Source: Escherichia coli
GTDB taxonomy: Bacteria; Pseudomonadota; Gammaproteobacteria; Enterobacterales; Enterobacteriaceae
DNA length: 64,000 nt
Strand: one strand, 5' to 3'
Assembly (NCBI RefSeq): GCF_022846255.1
Contig: NZ_AP025682.1
Shown: positions 37,624-52,912 of the stretch, piece by piece
Layout of the letters: each line of letters begins with the position of its first letter
Numbering within the stretch: the stretch's first letter is position 1
Translations under genes and position numbers: made by a program
The notes under the pieces: generated by a model
Told to the model about the DNA's origin: nothing
What the model saw: only the letters and a program-made list of their open reading frames with translations
The model's database searches: none

Positions 37624-39906
37624 ATGGAAAACAATCGCAATTTCCCTGCCAGACAATTTCATTCGCTCACGTTCTTTGCCGGTCTTTGTATTGGTATTAC
37701 GCCTGTGGCACAGGCACTCGCTGCCGAAGGGCAAGCTAACGCGGATGACACGCTGGTTGTCGAAGCATCAACGCCTTCGCTTTATGCGCCACAACAATCT
37801 GCCGATCCGAAATTCTCGCGTCCGGTAGCGGATACTACCCGCACGATGACGGTGATTTCTGAACAAGTGATTAAAGATCAGGGTGCAACCAACCTTACCG
37901 ACGCACTCAAAAACGTCCCCGGCGTGGGTGCGTTTTTTGCGGGTGAGAACGGTAACTCCACCACTGGCGACGCCATTTATATGCGCGGTGCCGATACCTC
38001 TAACAGTATTTATATCGATGGCATTCGCGATATCGGCAGCGTCTCGCGCGACACCTTCAATACCGAGCAGGTCGAAGTAATTAAAGGGCCGTCCGGCACC
38101 GACTACGGGCGCAGCGCACCGACAGGCTCGATCAATATGATCAGCAAACAGCCGCGCAATGATTCCGGCATTGACGCCTCCGCCAGTATTGGCAGCGCCT
38201 GGTTCCGCCGCGGCACGCTGGACGTCAATCAGGTCATTGGTGATACCACTGCGGTGCGCCTGAATGTAATGGGCGAAAAAACGCACGATGCCGGACGCGA
38301 CAAAGTCAAAAATGAGCGTTACGGCGTCGCCCCTTCTGTCGCTTTTGGCCTTGGTACAGCGAATCGTTTGTATCTTAATTATCTGCATGTCACCCAGCAC
38401 AACACGCCAGACGGCGGCATTCCGACCATCGGTTTACCGGGTTATTCTGCCCCATCTGCGGGAACAGCAGCCCTGAATCATTCCGGAAAAGTTGATACTC
38501 ATAACTTTTACGGCACAGATTCCGATTACGACGATTCGACCACCGACACCGCTACCATGCGTTTTGAGCACGACATCAACGATAACACCACCATTCGCAA
38601 CACTACGCGTTGGTCGCGCGTAAAGCAGGATTACCTGATGACGGCGATTATGGGTGGAGCGTCGAATATTACCCAGCCCACCAGCGATGTGAATAGCTGG
38701 ACGTGGTCACGCACGGCGAATACCAAAGATGTGAGTAACAAAATTCTCACCAACCAGACCAACCTGACCTCGACGTTCTATACCGGCGCTATCGGTCATG
38801 ATCTCAGTACCGGCGTGGAATTTACCCGCGAAACACAGACTAACTATGGCGTTAATCCGGTGACGTTACCGGCGGTAAATATTTATCATCCTGACAGCAG
38901 CATTCATCCCGGCGGCCTGACGCGCAACGGCGCAAACGCCAATGGTCAGACGGATACCTTCGCAATTTATGCCTTCGATACGCTGCAAATCACCCGTGAT
39001 TTTGAGCTGAACGGCGGGATCCGTCTGGATAATTATCATACTGAATATGACAGTGCTACCGCCTGCGGCGGCAGCGGGCGCGGTGCCATCACCTGCCCTG
39101 CTGGCGTGGCAAAAGGTTCTCCGGTCACCACCGTCGACACCGCCAAGTCGGGCAATCTGGTGAACTGGAAAGCCGGGGCGCTGTATCACCTGACGGAAAA
39201 CGGCAATGTCTATATTAACTATGCCGTTTCCCAGCAGCCGCCGGGCGGCAACAACTTCGCCCTTGCGCAGTCTGGCAGCGGTAACAGTGCCAACCGCACC
39301 GATTTTAAACCACAAAAAGCCAACACCAGCGAGATTGGCACCAAATGGCAGGTTCTGGATAAACGCCTGCTACTTACCGCCGCGCTGTTCCGTACTGATA
39401 TTGAAAATGAAGTTGAGCAAAATGATGACGGGACTTATTCGCAATATGGTAAGAAACGTGTCGAAGGCTACGAGATATCCGTGGCCGGGAATATCACCCC
39501 CGCATGGCAGATGATTGGCGGCTATACCCAGCAAAAAGCAACTATCAAAAACGGCAAAGATGTTGCCCAGGATGGTTCCTCATCGCTGCCGTATACCCCG
39601 GAACACGCCTTCACCTTATGGAGCCAGTATCAGGCAACCGATGATATTTCTGTTGGTGCGGGCGCACGGTATATCGGCAGTATGCATAAAGTTTCAGACG
39701 GCGCGGTGGGGACGCCAGCATTTACCGAAGGTTATTGGGTCGCCGACGCCAAACTGGGGTATCGGGTTAATCGCAATCTCGACTTCCAGCTAAACGTCTA
39801 CAACCTGTTTGATACCGATTACGTCGCCTCAATCAATAAGAGCGGCTACCGTTATCACCCGGGCGAGCCAAGAACCTTCTTGCTCACAGCTAATATGCAT
39901 TTCTGA
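37624..39906 (+). CDS. fiu: TonB-dependent catecholate siderophore receptor Fiu (760 aa)
   Basis: ORF track; signal peptide, TonB box, C-terminal aromatic residue ...NMHF. Confidence 0.95.
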   Translation: MENNRNFPARQFHSLTFFAGLCIGITPVAQALAAEGQANADDTLVVEASTPSLYAPQQSADPKFSRPVADTTRTMTVISEQVIKDQGATNLTDALKNVPGVGAFFAGENGNSTTGDAIYMRGADTSNSIYIDGIRDIGSVSRDTFNTEQVEVIKGPSGTDYGRSAPTGSINMISKQPRNDSGIDASASIGSAWFRRGTLDVNQVIGDTTAVRLNVMGEKTHDAGRDKVKNERYGVAPSVAFGLGTANRLYLNYLHVTQHNTPDGGIPTIGLPGYSAPSAGTAALNHSGKVDTHNFYGTDSDYDDSTTDTATMRFEHDINDNTTIRNTTRWSRVKQDYLMTAIMGGASNITQPTSDVNSWTWSRTANTKDVSNKILTNQTNLTSTFYTGAIGHDLSTGVEFTRETQTNYGVNPVTLPAVNIYHPDSSIHPGGLTRNGANANGQTDTFAIYAFDTLQITRDFELNGGIRLDNYHTEYDSATACGGSGRGAITCPAGVAKGSPVTTVDTAKSGNLVNWKAGALYHLTENGNVYINYAVSQQPPGGNNFALAQSGSGNSANRTDFKPQKANTSEIGTKWQVLDKRLLLTAALFRTDIENEVEQNDDGTYSQYGKKRVEGYEISVAGNITPAWQMIGGYTQQKATIKNGKDVAQDGSSSLPYTPEHAFTLWSQYQATDDISVGAGARYIGSMHKVSDGAVGTPAFTEGYWVADAKLGYRVNRNLDFQLNVYNLFDTDYVASINKSGYRYHPGEPRTFLLTANMHF

Positions 39907-39956
39907 TTCAGATGTGGGGCGCAAGGCTCACTAATGTTGATGGCGAGAGCAGGACT

Positions 39957-40054
39957 GCCTGATGCGCTGCGCTTATCAGGCCTACAAGGTTGTGCAATAC
40001 ACTGAATTCACATCATTTGGTAGGCCGGATAAGGCGTTCACGCCGCATCCGGCA
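39957..40054. repeat. BIME: two inverted REP units with a roughly 34-nt linker
   Basis: gcctgatgcgctgcgcttatcaggcctac ... gtaggccggataaggcgttcacgccgcatccggca. Confidence 0.85.
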
Positions 40055-40084
40055 CCTGAGCACCATTGCCTGCTGTTAAAAATC

Positions 40085-40110
40085 GGTGTGGGGCGCAGGC
40101 CCCACTTTTT
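40085..40110 (+). terminator. hairpin plus T5 just upstream of ybiX
   Basis: gtgggg-cgcag-gcccca-c stem followed by TTTTT, 12 nt before the ybiX ATG. Confidence 0.5.
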
Positions 40111-40121
40111 GGAGAACTTGT

Positions 40122-40799
40122 ATGATGTACCACATTCCCGGCGTGTTATCGCCACAGGACGTCGCCCGTTTTCGCGAACAACTGGAACAAGCCGAATGGG
40201 TGGATGGGCGCGTCACCACCGGCGCACAAGGTGCGCAAGTTAAGAACAATCAACAAGTAGACACCCGCAGCGCCCTGTACGCCGCCCTGCAAAATGAGGT
40301 GCTGAACGCGGTTAACCAACATGCTTTGTTCTTTGCCGCGGCCTTGCCGCGTACCCTTTCCACGCCGCTGTTTAATCGCTATCAGAACAATGAAACCTAT
40401 GGTTTTCATGTGGATGGCGCAGTACGCAGCCATCCACAAAACGGCTGGATGCGCACTGACCTTTCTGCCACGCTGTTTTTAAGCGATCCAGAAAGCTACG
40501 ACGGCGGCGAACTGGTCGTTAATGACACCTTCGGGCAACATCGGGTAAAACTCCCGGCAGGCGATCTGGTGTTGTATCCCTCCAGCAGCCTGCATTGCGT
40601 GACACCCGTAACCCGCGGCGTGCGAGTGGCATCATTTATGTGGATCCAGTCGATGATCCGCGATGATAAAAAGCGCGCCATGCTGTTTGAACTGGACAAC
40701 AATATTCAGTCGCTGAAAAGCCACTACGGCGAAAGTGAAGAGATCCTGTCGCTGCTCAATCTTTATCATAATCTGCTGCGGGAATGGTCGGAGATCTGA
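40122..40799 (+). CDS. ybiX: Fe(II)/2-oxoglutarate-dependent PKHD-type hydroxylase YbiX (225 aa)
   Basis: ORF track trimmed to [12 protein letters not shown]; HxD...H iron motif (FHVDGAV ... SSLHCVT). Confidence 0.9.
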
Positions 40800-40872
40800 C
40801 GCTTGAACTGCCCGAGTTCGTCCCTATATTAGCTACACTTAACTGTACAAGCATTGATATGGGGAGGACGAT

Positions 40873-41139
40873 ATGGCATCCGGTTGGGCTAATGATGACG
40901 CCGTCAACGAACAGATCAACAGTACAATTGAAGATGCGATTGCCCGCGCTCGGGGTGAAATTCCGCGTGGCGAAAGCCTGTATGAATGTGAAGAGTGCGG
41001 AGCCCTCATCCCGCAGGCCCGTCGGGAAGCCATTCCTGGCGTGCGCTTATGCATTCATTGTCAGCAGGAGAAAGATTTACAAAAACCAGATTATACAGGA
41101 TATAATCGCAGAGGTTCGAAAGACAGCCAGTTACGTTAA
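40873..41139 (+). CDS. ybiI: DksA/TraR-family C4 zinc-finger protein YbiI (88 aa)
   Basis: ORF track; CxxC-N17-CxxC (YECEECGALI...LCIHCQQ). Confidence 0.9.
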   Translation: MASGWANDDAVNEQINSTIEDAIARARGEIPRGESLYECEECGALIPQARREAIPGVRLCIHCQQEKDLQKPDYTGYNRRGSKDSQLR

Positions 41140-41403
41140 CTACAACTGGCGGGATGTATAGCGAATATAATTTGGATTTTGCGTGGCATTCCGTGCCTTT
41201 AACGCTACCGTGACTGCCACGCGGTATAAAACAAGTTCATAAGTACAACAAATAAATGGTTTATCAGTATGTTAGATATCAATCAATTTATTTGAACAAG
41301 GCGGTCAATTCTCTTCGATTTTATCTCTCGAAAAAAAACGTGATACTCATCACATCGACGAAACAACGTCACTTATACAAAAATCACCTGCGAGAGATTA
41401 ATT

Positions 41404-41664
41404 ATGAAAACTATCAATACTGTTGTTGCTGCTATGGCTCTTTCAACTCTGTCATTTGGCGTGTTCGCGGCGGAACCGGTAACGGCATCCCAGGCACAGA
41501 ACATGAATAAAATCGGCGTGGTTTCTGCCGATGGCGCATCCACCCTCGATGCCCTGGAAGCGAAACTGGCTGAGAAAGCCGCGGCGGCCGGTGCCAGTGG
41601 ATACAGCATTACTTCCGCCACCAACAACAATAAATTAAGCGGTACTGCGGTAATTTATAAGTAA
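41404..41664 (+). CDS. ybiJ: DUF1471/YhcN-family small periplasmic protein YbiJ (86 aa)
   Basis: ORF track; signal peptide; C-terminal GTAVIYK; paralog of mcbA. Confidence 0.9.
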   Translation: MKTINTVVAAMALSTLSFGVFAAEPVTASQAQNMNKIGVVSADGASTLDALEAKLAEKAAAAGASGYSITSATNNNKLSGTAVIYK

Positions 41665-41667
41665 TTC

Positions 41668-41744
41668 GTAGGACGGATAAGGCGTTTACGCCGCATCCGG
41701 CAACAGATGCCTGATGCGACGCTACCGCGTCTTATCAGACCTAC
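41668..41744. repeat. BIME (two REP units, short linker), with a further partial REP about 20 nt downstream
   Basis: gtaggacggataaggcgtttacgccgcatccggca - acagat - gcctgatgcgacgctaccgcgtcttatcagacctac. Confidence 0.85.
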
Positions 41745-41864
41745 AAAATCCGAACCGTTGGCTGGATCAGGCGTTTACGCTACGTTCAGCACAAGTATTT
41801 CCCTGTCTGTTTGCCGACAGACGCATATGCTCTAACCCTCATTGATCCTATGTTACCCTTGTTT

Positions 41865-41892
41865 GCCCGTCCGCCACTGGACGGGCTTTTTT

Positions 41893-41894
<2 letters not shown>
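41865..41894 (+). terminator. rho-independent terminator (hairpin plus T8), overlapping the ybiC stop codon
   Basis: gcccgtcc-gccactg-gacgggc followed by tttttttt. Confidence 0.75.
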
Positions 41895-44081
<2,187 letters not shown>

Positions 44082-44108
44082 TTACGACTCCTTACCTGAC
44101 TCACATCA

Positions 44109-46259
44109 TTAACGCCGCCGACGGCGTGGGGATTTCGTTTTTTCTTTCTTTTTAACTATACCTTCAGGGACTTCCGGTTGCTCTATCGGAAATACCGGTA
44201 ATGCATCCAGTAGTCGCTTGCCATAATTTTTTGTCAGCAAGCGTTTGTCGTAGATAACCACTTCCCCCCAGCAACCGTGGCTTCGAATCAGTCGCCCAAC
44301 CTGCTGAATCAGGTTAAACGAAGCGCTCGGCAGGCTTTGCACCTCAAACGGATAGCGGTTGAGGCTTTTCAGCCATTCACCTTCGGTGATCACCACCGGG
44401 CTGTCGATGGGCGGAAAAGCGATCTTGTGGATATGCACCTGGCTGAGCAGATCGCCTTTCAGATCAAGACCTTCGGCAAAGGACTGTAAGCCCACCAGCA
44501 CGCTACGCTCACCGTTGGCAACGCGTTTGCGGTGCAGTTCAACTAAGCGATAACGTGGCTGATCGCCCTGCACCAGCAACATCAGGCGTAAATCCGTCAC
44601 ATAGTCGAGAAAGCGCTGCATCGCACGCCCGCTGGCAAACAGCACCAACATACCGAGATGTTTTTTGCTCTCCACCTGTTCACGGAAAAAGGCCGCCATT
44701 TCGGCAATGTGCTGCTCTTCGTTGTCGATGGAAGGCTCAACGCGCATCCGGGGAATAACAATTTTGCCCTGTTCACAGTGGTTAAAAGGGGAATCCAGTG
44801 CCACAAAACGGTCGCCCGCTTTCTCTTTCAGCCCACTCATCTCCTGCAAACGCGAAAAACTGTTCAGCGAACGCAAGGTTGCGGAGGTAACAATAATGTG
44901 CGGAATACTGCGCCACAGCAGCCTTTCCAGCTGATCGCTAACACGTATTCCCACGCAGTGAAACCAAAGGTGTAGCTGCCCTTCGCGCTCTTCCCGCGTC
45001 GCCCATTTGGTCACCGGCGCACCGGAAGATTGCGCCAGAGACGCCAGCCGCCAGAGTTTGCTTTGCGCCTCGAACATCCCCAATGCGCGGTTCATCTGCA
45101 AAATCAACCGATGCAGACGTACAATGTCATGGCTGCCGGTTTTCTCACTTAAATCGTTAAGAAATAACTCCGCCAGGCCACGCAGCATCTCGGTGAGTTT
45201 TGCCAGCCGCTGGCAGATCTCCAGCACTTCATCTGGCAGTTCGCCCATCGCAAAACGGTGCTCTGCCTCCTGCCCGGCAGGCATGTAGAGATTGAGAATG
45301 TTGTTTAACGAGGCGATAAGCTCATACAACTCTTCACAATGCGCATTCAAACGTTCAGGGATCGCCAGCGGCGGGATGGTCTTCGGGCGAAACTGCTCCA
45401 TGCAGGTAGCGACCAGTTTCGTGAACAAGTCCAGCTGTAGCCGATACCACGGCGCGGTGATTTCGGCGCTCATCTCCAGCGCATCCCGCGCCACATCCGG
45501 CAGGTGATGACCTTCGTCCAGCACCAGCAGTAAATTTTTCGGGTCAGGCAATACCGCTTCGCTTTCCATCGCCGCCATCACCAGCGCATGGTTTGCCACC
45601 ACCACTTCCGCTTCCTGAATTTCCCGACGAGCGACAAAAAACGGGCATTCGCGATAGTAATAACAGTTGCGGTTGAGGCAGCTGGCCTTGTCGGTACTCA
45701 AACGACGCCAGAGATCGTCATCAATGGCGATATCAGTATGATCGCGCAGACCATCCCATTTATAAGTGTCGAGATCGCCCTTCAGCTTCGCACAACGTTT
45801 TTGCTCTTCCTGATTGTTCGGCGTCAGTTCATCGTCAAGAAACGCCAGCAGATCCTGTTGCGTGGGCTCAGTGCTGGCGAGCGCTGTCAGATTACGCGGG
45901 CAAACGTAGCGCCCACGCCCAAAAGCGGCAGTGAATTTAAGATCGGGAATGATCTTTTTCAGCAGCGGTAAATCTTTGCTGTAGATCTGATCCTGCAATG
46001 CCACGTTGGCGGTACTTACCACCAGCGTTTTTTGCTCTTCGCGGGCAATGGCGATGCCGGGGATCAAATAGGAGAGCGTTTTCCCAACGCCGGTAGGGGC
46101 TTCAATCGCCAGATGCCGCCCTTCTTCTCCGGCCAGCGTTTTGGCGACGTCCGCAATCATCTGCCGCTGCGGCGCACGGGGAATAAAGTCGGGGATCTGT
46201 TCCTGAAGCGCCTTATACCAGGCGGCAATTTGCGCTTTAAGCGCGGCGGTTAATGCCAT
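44109..46259 (-). CDS. dinG: ATP-dependent DNA helicase DinG (716 aa)
   Basis: ORF track; MALTAALKAQIAAWYK N-terminus; Walker A APTGVGKT; DEGH box; Fe-S Cys cluster. Confidence 0.95.
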   Translation of the reverse strand: MALTAALKAQIAAWYKALQEQIPDFIPRAPQRQMIADVAKTLAGEEGRHLAIEAPTGVGKTLSYLIPGIAIAREEQKTLVVSTANVALQDQIYSKDLPLLKKIIPDLKFTAAFGRGRYVCPRNLTALASTEPTQQDLLAFLDDELTPNNQEEQKRCAKLKGDLDTYKWDGLRDHTDIAIDDDLWRRLSTDKASCLNRNCYYYRECPFFVARREIQEAEVVVANHALVMAAMESEAVLPDPKNLLLVLDEGHHLPDVARDALEMSAEITAPWYRLQLDLFTKLVATCMEQFRPKTIPPLAIPERLNAHCEELYELIASLNNILNLYMPAGQEAEHRFAMGELPDEVLEICQRLAKLTEMLRGLAELFLNDLSEKTGSHDIVRLHRLILQMNRALGMFEAQSKLWRLASLAQSSGAPVTKWATREEREGQLHLWFHCVGIRVSDQLERLLWRSIPHIIVTSATLRSLNSFSRLQEMSGLKEKAGDRFVALDSPFNHCEQGKIVIPRMRVEPSIDNEEQHIAEMAAFFREQVESKKHLGMLVLFASGRAMQRFLDYVTDLRLMLLVQGDQPRYRLVELHRKRVANGERSVLVGLQSFAEGLDLKGDLLSQVHIHKIAFPPIDSPVVITEGEWLKSLNRYPFEVQSLPSASFNLIQQVGRLIRSHGCWGEVVIYDKRLLTKNYGKRLLDALPVFPIEQPEVPEGIVKKKEKTKSPRRRRR

Positions 46260-46272
46260 GAGAAAACCTGAA

Positions 46273-46293
46273 ATACTGTATAAACAGCCAATA
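46273..46293. promoter_or_regulatory. LexA (SOS) box of dinG
   Basis: tactgtataaacagccaata (reverse complement tattggctgtttatacagta), CTG...CAG-type SOS-box-like, about 15 nt upstream of the dinG start. Confidence 0.75.
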
Positions 46294-46365
46294 TTGTGGC
46301 ATTTTTCGGTTTTCAGGGGTAATGGTTTTTCTGTTTCGGGAAAGCGGCTCGCAATAACCAGCAGG

Positions 46366-46563
46366 ATGATGCGTAAAGCGCTTCGCGCTAAATTCGAACA
46401 ACATGCAGAACTGCGTACACTCTTGCGGGCAACCGCGTCCGCAAAACTGGTTGAGCATACGCAAAATGATGCTTACTGGGGAGATGGCGGTAATGGTCAG
46501 GGCAAGAATCGCCTGGGGTACCTTTTAATGGCGTTGCGCGGACAATTGGCTGCGGAGAAGTAA
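46366..46563 (+). pseudogene. ybiA: 3' remnant of ybiA (DUF1768 N-glycosidase family); 5' two-thirds missing
   Basis: only the C-terminal roughly 65 codons (MMRKALRAKFEQHAEL...NDAYWGDGGNGQGKNRLGYLLMALRGQLAAEK) carry the family motif; the in-frame upstream open frame runs through the dinG LexA box and start codon. Confidence 0.7.
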
Positions 46564-46644
46564 CGCATCGGGTGGCTTGTGGGCGTTAAAACAGAGAAAT
46601 CTTTTTGCCGCGCTCGCAAATGGCTGACAAGTGCTTGTTGTGAA

Positions 46645-46746
46645 ATGCCGGATGCGGCGCGAGCGCCTTATCCGGCCTACAAAAACATGCACATTCAATA
46701 TATTGCAGAGTTCACGTAGGCCTGATAAGCGTAGCGCATCAGGCAG
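46645..46746. repeat. BIME-1/RIP-like element: REP, IHF-like linker, REP
   Basis: atgccggatgcggcgcgagcgccttatccggcctac - linker with tcaatatattg - gtaggcctgataagcgtagcgcatcaggc; followed by hairpin catgccgggcatagcccggcatg at about 46768..46789. Confidence 0.85.
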
Positions 46747-46814
46747 TTTTGTGTTTGTCATCAGTCTCATGCCGGGCATAGCCCGGCATAAAAGATTACT
46801 GCGCAGCGGCAGGT

Positions 46815-48149
46815 TTACGCGGACGGCGGCGACGTTGTTGTTCGCCTGCCGGTTTGGCATCGACGAGACGGTTTTTCTGCGGGCTTCGCGTTACCAGACT
46901 TCGCACCACTTTCCGTACGGCGTGGTTGCTGTTGACCGCGACCACCGCCCTGTCCACGACCGCCGCCACGTTGCTGGCGACCGTTCTGGATCGGTTCGGC
47001 TTTGATTGACGGGTCCGGCTCATACCCCGGAATCGCAATGCGCGGGATCTCTTTTTTCAGCAGTTTTTCGATATCACGCAGCAGTTTGTGTTCATCAACA
47101 CACACCAGCGACAATGCTTCGCCAGTTGCCGCCGCACGGCCAGTACGCCCGATACGGTGAACATAATCTTCCGGTACGTTTGGTAACTCATAGTTGACGA
47201 CGTGCGGCAACTCTTCGATATCCAGACCGCGCGCAGCGATGTCAGTTGCCACCAGTACACGAATATCGCCCGATTTAAAATCGGCCAGCGCACGAGTACG
47301 CGCACCTTGCGATTTATTACCGTGGATCGCCGCACTACGGATGCCGTCTTTATTAAGCTGTTCAGCCAGATGGTTAGCGCCATGTTTGGTACGGGTAAAC
47401 ACCAGCACCTGCTGCCAGTTCCCTTTCCCAATCATATGCGACAGCAATTCGCGTTTGCGTTTCTTATCGACAAAGTGAACGTGCTGGGTCACCTGATCAG
47501 ACGCAGTATTGCGGCGTGCCACTTCGATTTCCAGCGGGTTGTGCAACAGTTTTTCCGCCAGGGCTTTAATATCGTCAGAGAAGGTCGCGGAGAACAACAG
47601 GTTCTGGCGCTTCGCTGGCAGTTTTGTTAACACGCGACGGATATCGTGGATAAAGCCCATGTCGAGCATGCGGTCAGCTTCATCAAGGACGAGGATTTCA
47701 ACCTGATCCAGCTTCACTGCATTTTGATGTTCCAGGTCCAGCAGACGTCCCGGCGTTGCCACCAGCACATCAACGCCGCCGCGCAACTTCATCATTTGTG
47801 GGTTAATGCTGACACCGCCAAACACCACCAGCGAACGAATGTTCAGATATTTGCTGTAATCACGGACGTTTTCGCCAATCTGCGCCGCCAGTTCACGGGT
47901 CGGGGTAAGAATGAGCGCGCGTACCGGACGACGCCCTTTGGCGTGCGGCTGGCGAGTGATCAGGTGTTGCAACAACGGCAGCGTAAAGCCCGCTGTTTTG
48001 CCGGTACCGGTCTGGGCGCTGGCCATCAGGTCGCGGCCTTCCAGCACCGCAGGGATCGCCTGCTGCTGAATAGGGGTGGGTTCACGGTAACCCTGCTCGG
48101 CAACGGCGCGCAGGATATCAGGGCTTAAACCCAAAGAATCGAAAGACAT
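46815..48149 (-). CDS. rhlE: DEAD-box RNA helicase RhlE; reading frame shifted near the 3' end (444-aa ORF; expected C-terminal tail is in another frame ending at 46796)
   Basis: ORF track; [17 protein letters not shown]-terminus, [23 protein letters not shown] motifs; Arg-rich tail ...[23 protein letters not shown] is encoded out of frame in ORF 46796..47038. Confidence 0.85.
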   Translation of the reverse strand: MSFDSLGLSPDILRAVAEQGYREPTPIQQQAIPAVLEGRDLMASAQTGTGKTAGFTLPLLQHLITRQPHAKGRRPVRALILTPTRELAAQIGENVRDYSKYLNIRSLVVFGGVSINPQMMKLRGGVDVLVATPGRLLDLEHQNAVKLDQVEILVLDEADRMLDMGFIHDIRRVLTKLPAKRQNLLFSATFSDDIKALAEKLLHNPLEIEVARRNTASDQVTQHVHFVDKKRKRELLSHMIGKGNWQQVLVFTRTKHGANHLAEQLNKDGIRSAAIHGNKSQGARTRALADFKSGDIRVLVATDIAARGLDIEELPHVVNYELPNVPEDYVHRIGRTGRAAATGEALSLVCVDEHKLLRDIEKLLKKEIPRIAIPGYEPDPSIKAEPIQNGRQQRGGGRGQGGGRGQQQPRRTESGAKSGNAKPAEKPSRRCQTGRRTTTSPPSA

Positions 48150-48377
48150 AACTACTCCGAACCGCCCCGACCGTTACCGGTGTAGTTTTCAGGGAGATAC
48201 TGAAAAGGAAAATGACAAAAACCACAATGTCATGAGGGAGCGGAGTGTAGCAGTTTTTGTGACGCAGCGCATAAATTATCCCTGTGACTGGCGTAGCTAA
48301 AATTCTTAGCCATACTGGACAACTCCCCTATGGAGTCATAATCTTAATCAATCATTTGATTAAGAATGGACTGTGCG

Positions 48378-51768
<3,391 letters not shown>

Positions 51769-51776
<8 letters not shown>

Positions 51777-52902
51777 TCCGATCCTGTCCTGGCGTCGCGT
51801 GCGGGCGCTGTGCGTCAAAGAGACGCGGCAGATCGTTCGCGATCCGAGTAGCTGGCTGATTGCGGTGGTGATCCCGCTGCTACTGCTGTTTATTTTTGGT
51901 TACGGCATTAACCTCGACTCCAGCAAGCTGCGGGTCGGGATTTTACTGGAACAGCGTAGCGAAGCGGCGCTGGATTTCACCCACACCATGACCGGTTCGC
52001 CCTACATCGACGCCACCATCAGCGATAACCGTCAGGAATTGATCGCCAAAATGCAGGCGGGGAAAATTCGCGGTCTGGTGGTTATTCCCGTGGATTTCGC
52101 CGAACAGATGGAGCGCGCCAACGCCACCGCACCGATTCAGGTGATCACCGACGGCAGTGAGCCGAATACCGCTAACTTTGTGCAGGGGTATGTCGAAGGG
52201 ATCTGGCAGATCTGGCAAATGCAGCGAGCGGAGGATAACGGGCAGACTTTTGAACCGCTTATTGATGTACAAACCCGCTACTGGTTTAACCCGGCGGCGA
52301 TTAGCCAGCACTTTATTATCCCCGGTGCGGTGACCATTATCATGACGGTCATCGGCGCGATTCTCACCTCGCTGGTGGTGGCGCGAGAATGGGAACGCGG
52401 CACCATGGAGGCTCTGCTCTCTACGGAGATTACCCGCACGGAGCTGCTGCTGTGTAAGCTGATCCCTTATTACTTTCTCGGGATGCTGGCGATGTTGCTA
52501 TGTATGCTGGTGTCGGTGTTTATTCTCGGCGTGCCGTATCGCGGGTCGCTGCTGATTCTGTTTTTTATCTCCAGCCTATTTTTACTCAGTACCCTGGGGA
52601 TGGGGCTGCTGATTTCCACGATTACCCGCAACCAGTTCAACGCCGCTCAGGTGGCCCTGAACGCGGCTTTTCTGCCGTCGATTATGCTTTCCGGCTTTAT
52701 ATTTCAGATAGACAGTATGCCCGCGGTGATCCGCGCGGTGACGTACATTATTCCCGCACGTTATTTCGTCAGCACCCTGCAAAGCCTGTTCCTCGCCGGG
52801 AATATTCCAGTGGTGCTGATAGTGAACGTGCTGTTTTTGATCGCTTCGGCGGTGATGTTTATCGGCCTGACGTGGCTGAAAACCAAACGTCGGCTGGATT
52901 AG
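51769..52902 (+). CDS. ybhS: ABC-2 type permease YbhS (377 aa)
   Basis: ORF track trimmed to [11 protein letters not shown]; overlaps the ybhF end. Confidence 0.9.
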
Positions 52903-52912
52903 GGAGAAGAGC

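Noticed and set aside
39957-40054. Palindromic repeat clusters considered as a possible CRISPR array (also 21583..21683, 41668..41744, 46645..46746)
   Set aside because: The units are inverted, not direct; there is no regular repeat-spacer periodicity and no cas genes. The sequences match REP/BIME palindromes.
46258-46563. The 101-codon ORF as an intact small protein
   Set aside because: Its first roughly 36 codons run across the dinG start codon and LexA box and carry no YbiA-family motifs; only the C-terminal portion is homologous, so I treat it as a truncated ybiA remnant.
46796-47038. ORF 46796..47038 (-) as an independent gene
   Set aside because: Only its last roughly 23 codons look protein-like and they match the expected RhlE tail; it is the out-of-frame continuation of rhlE, not a separate gene.
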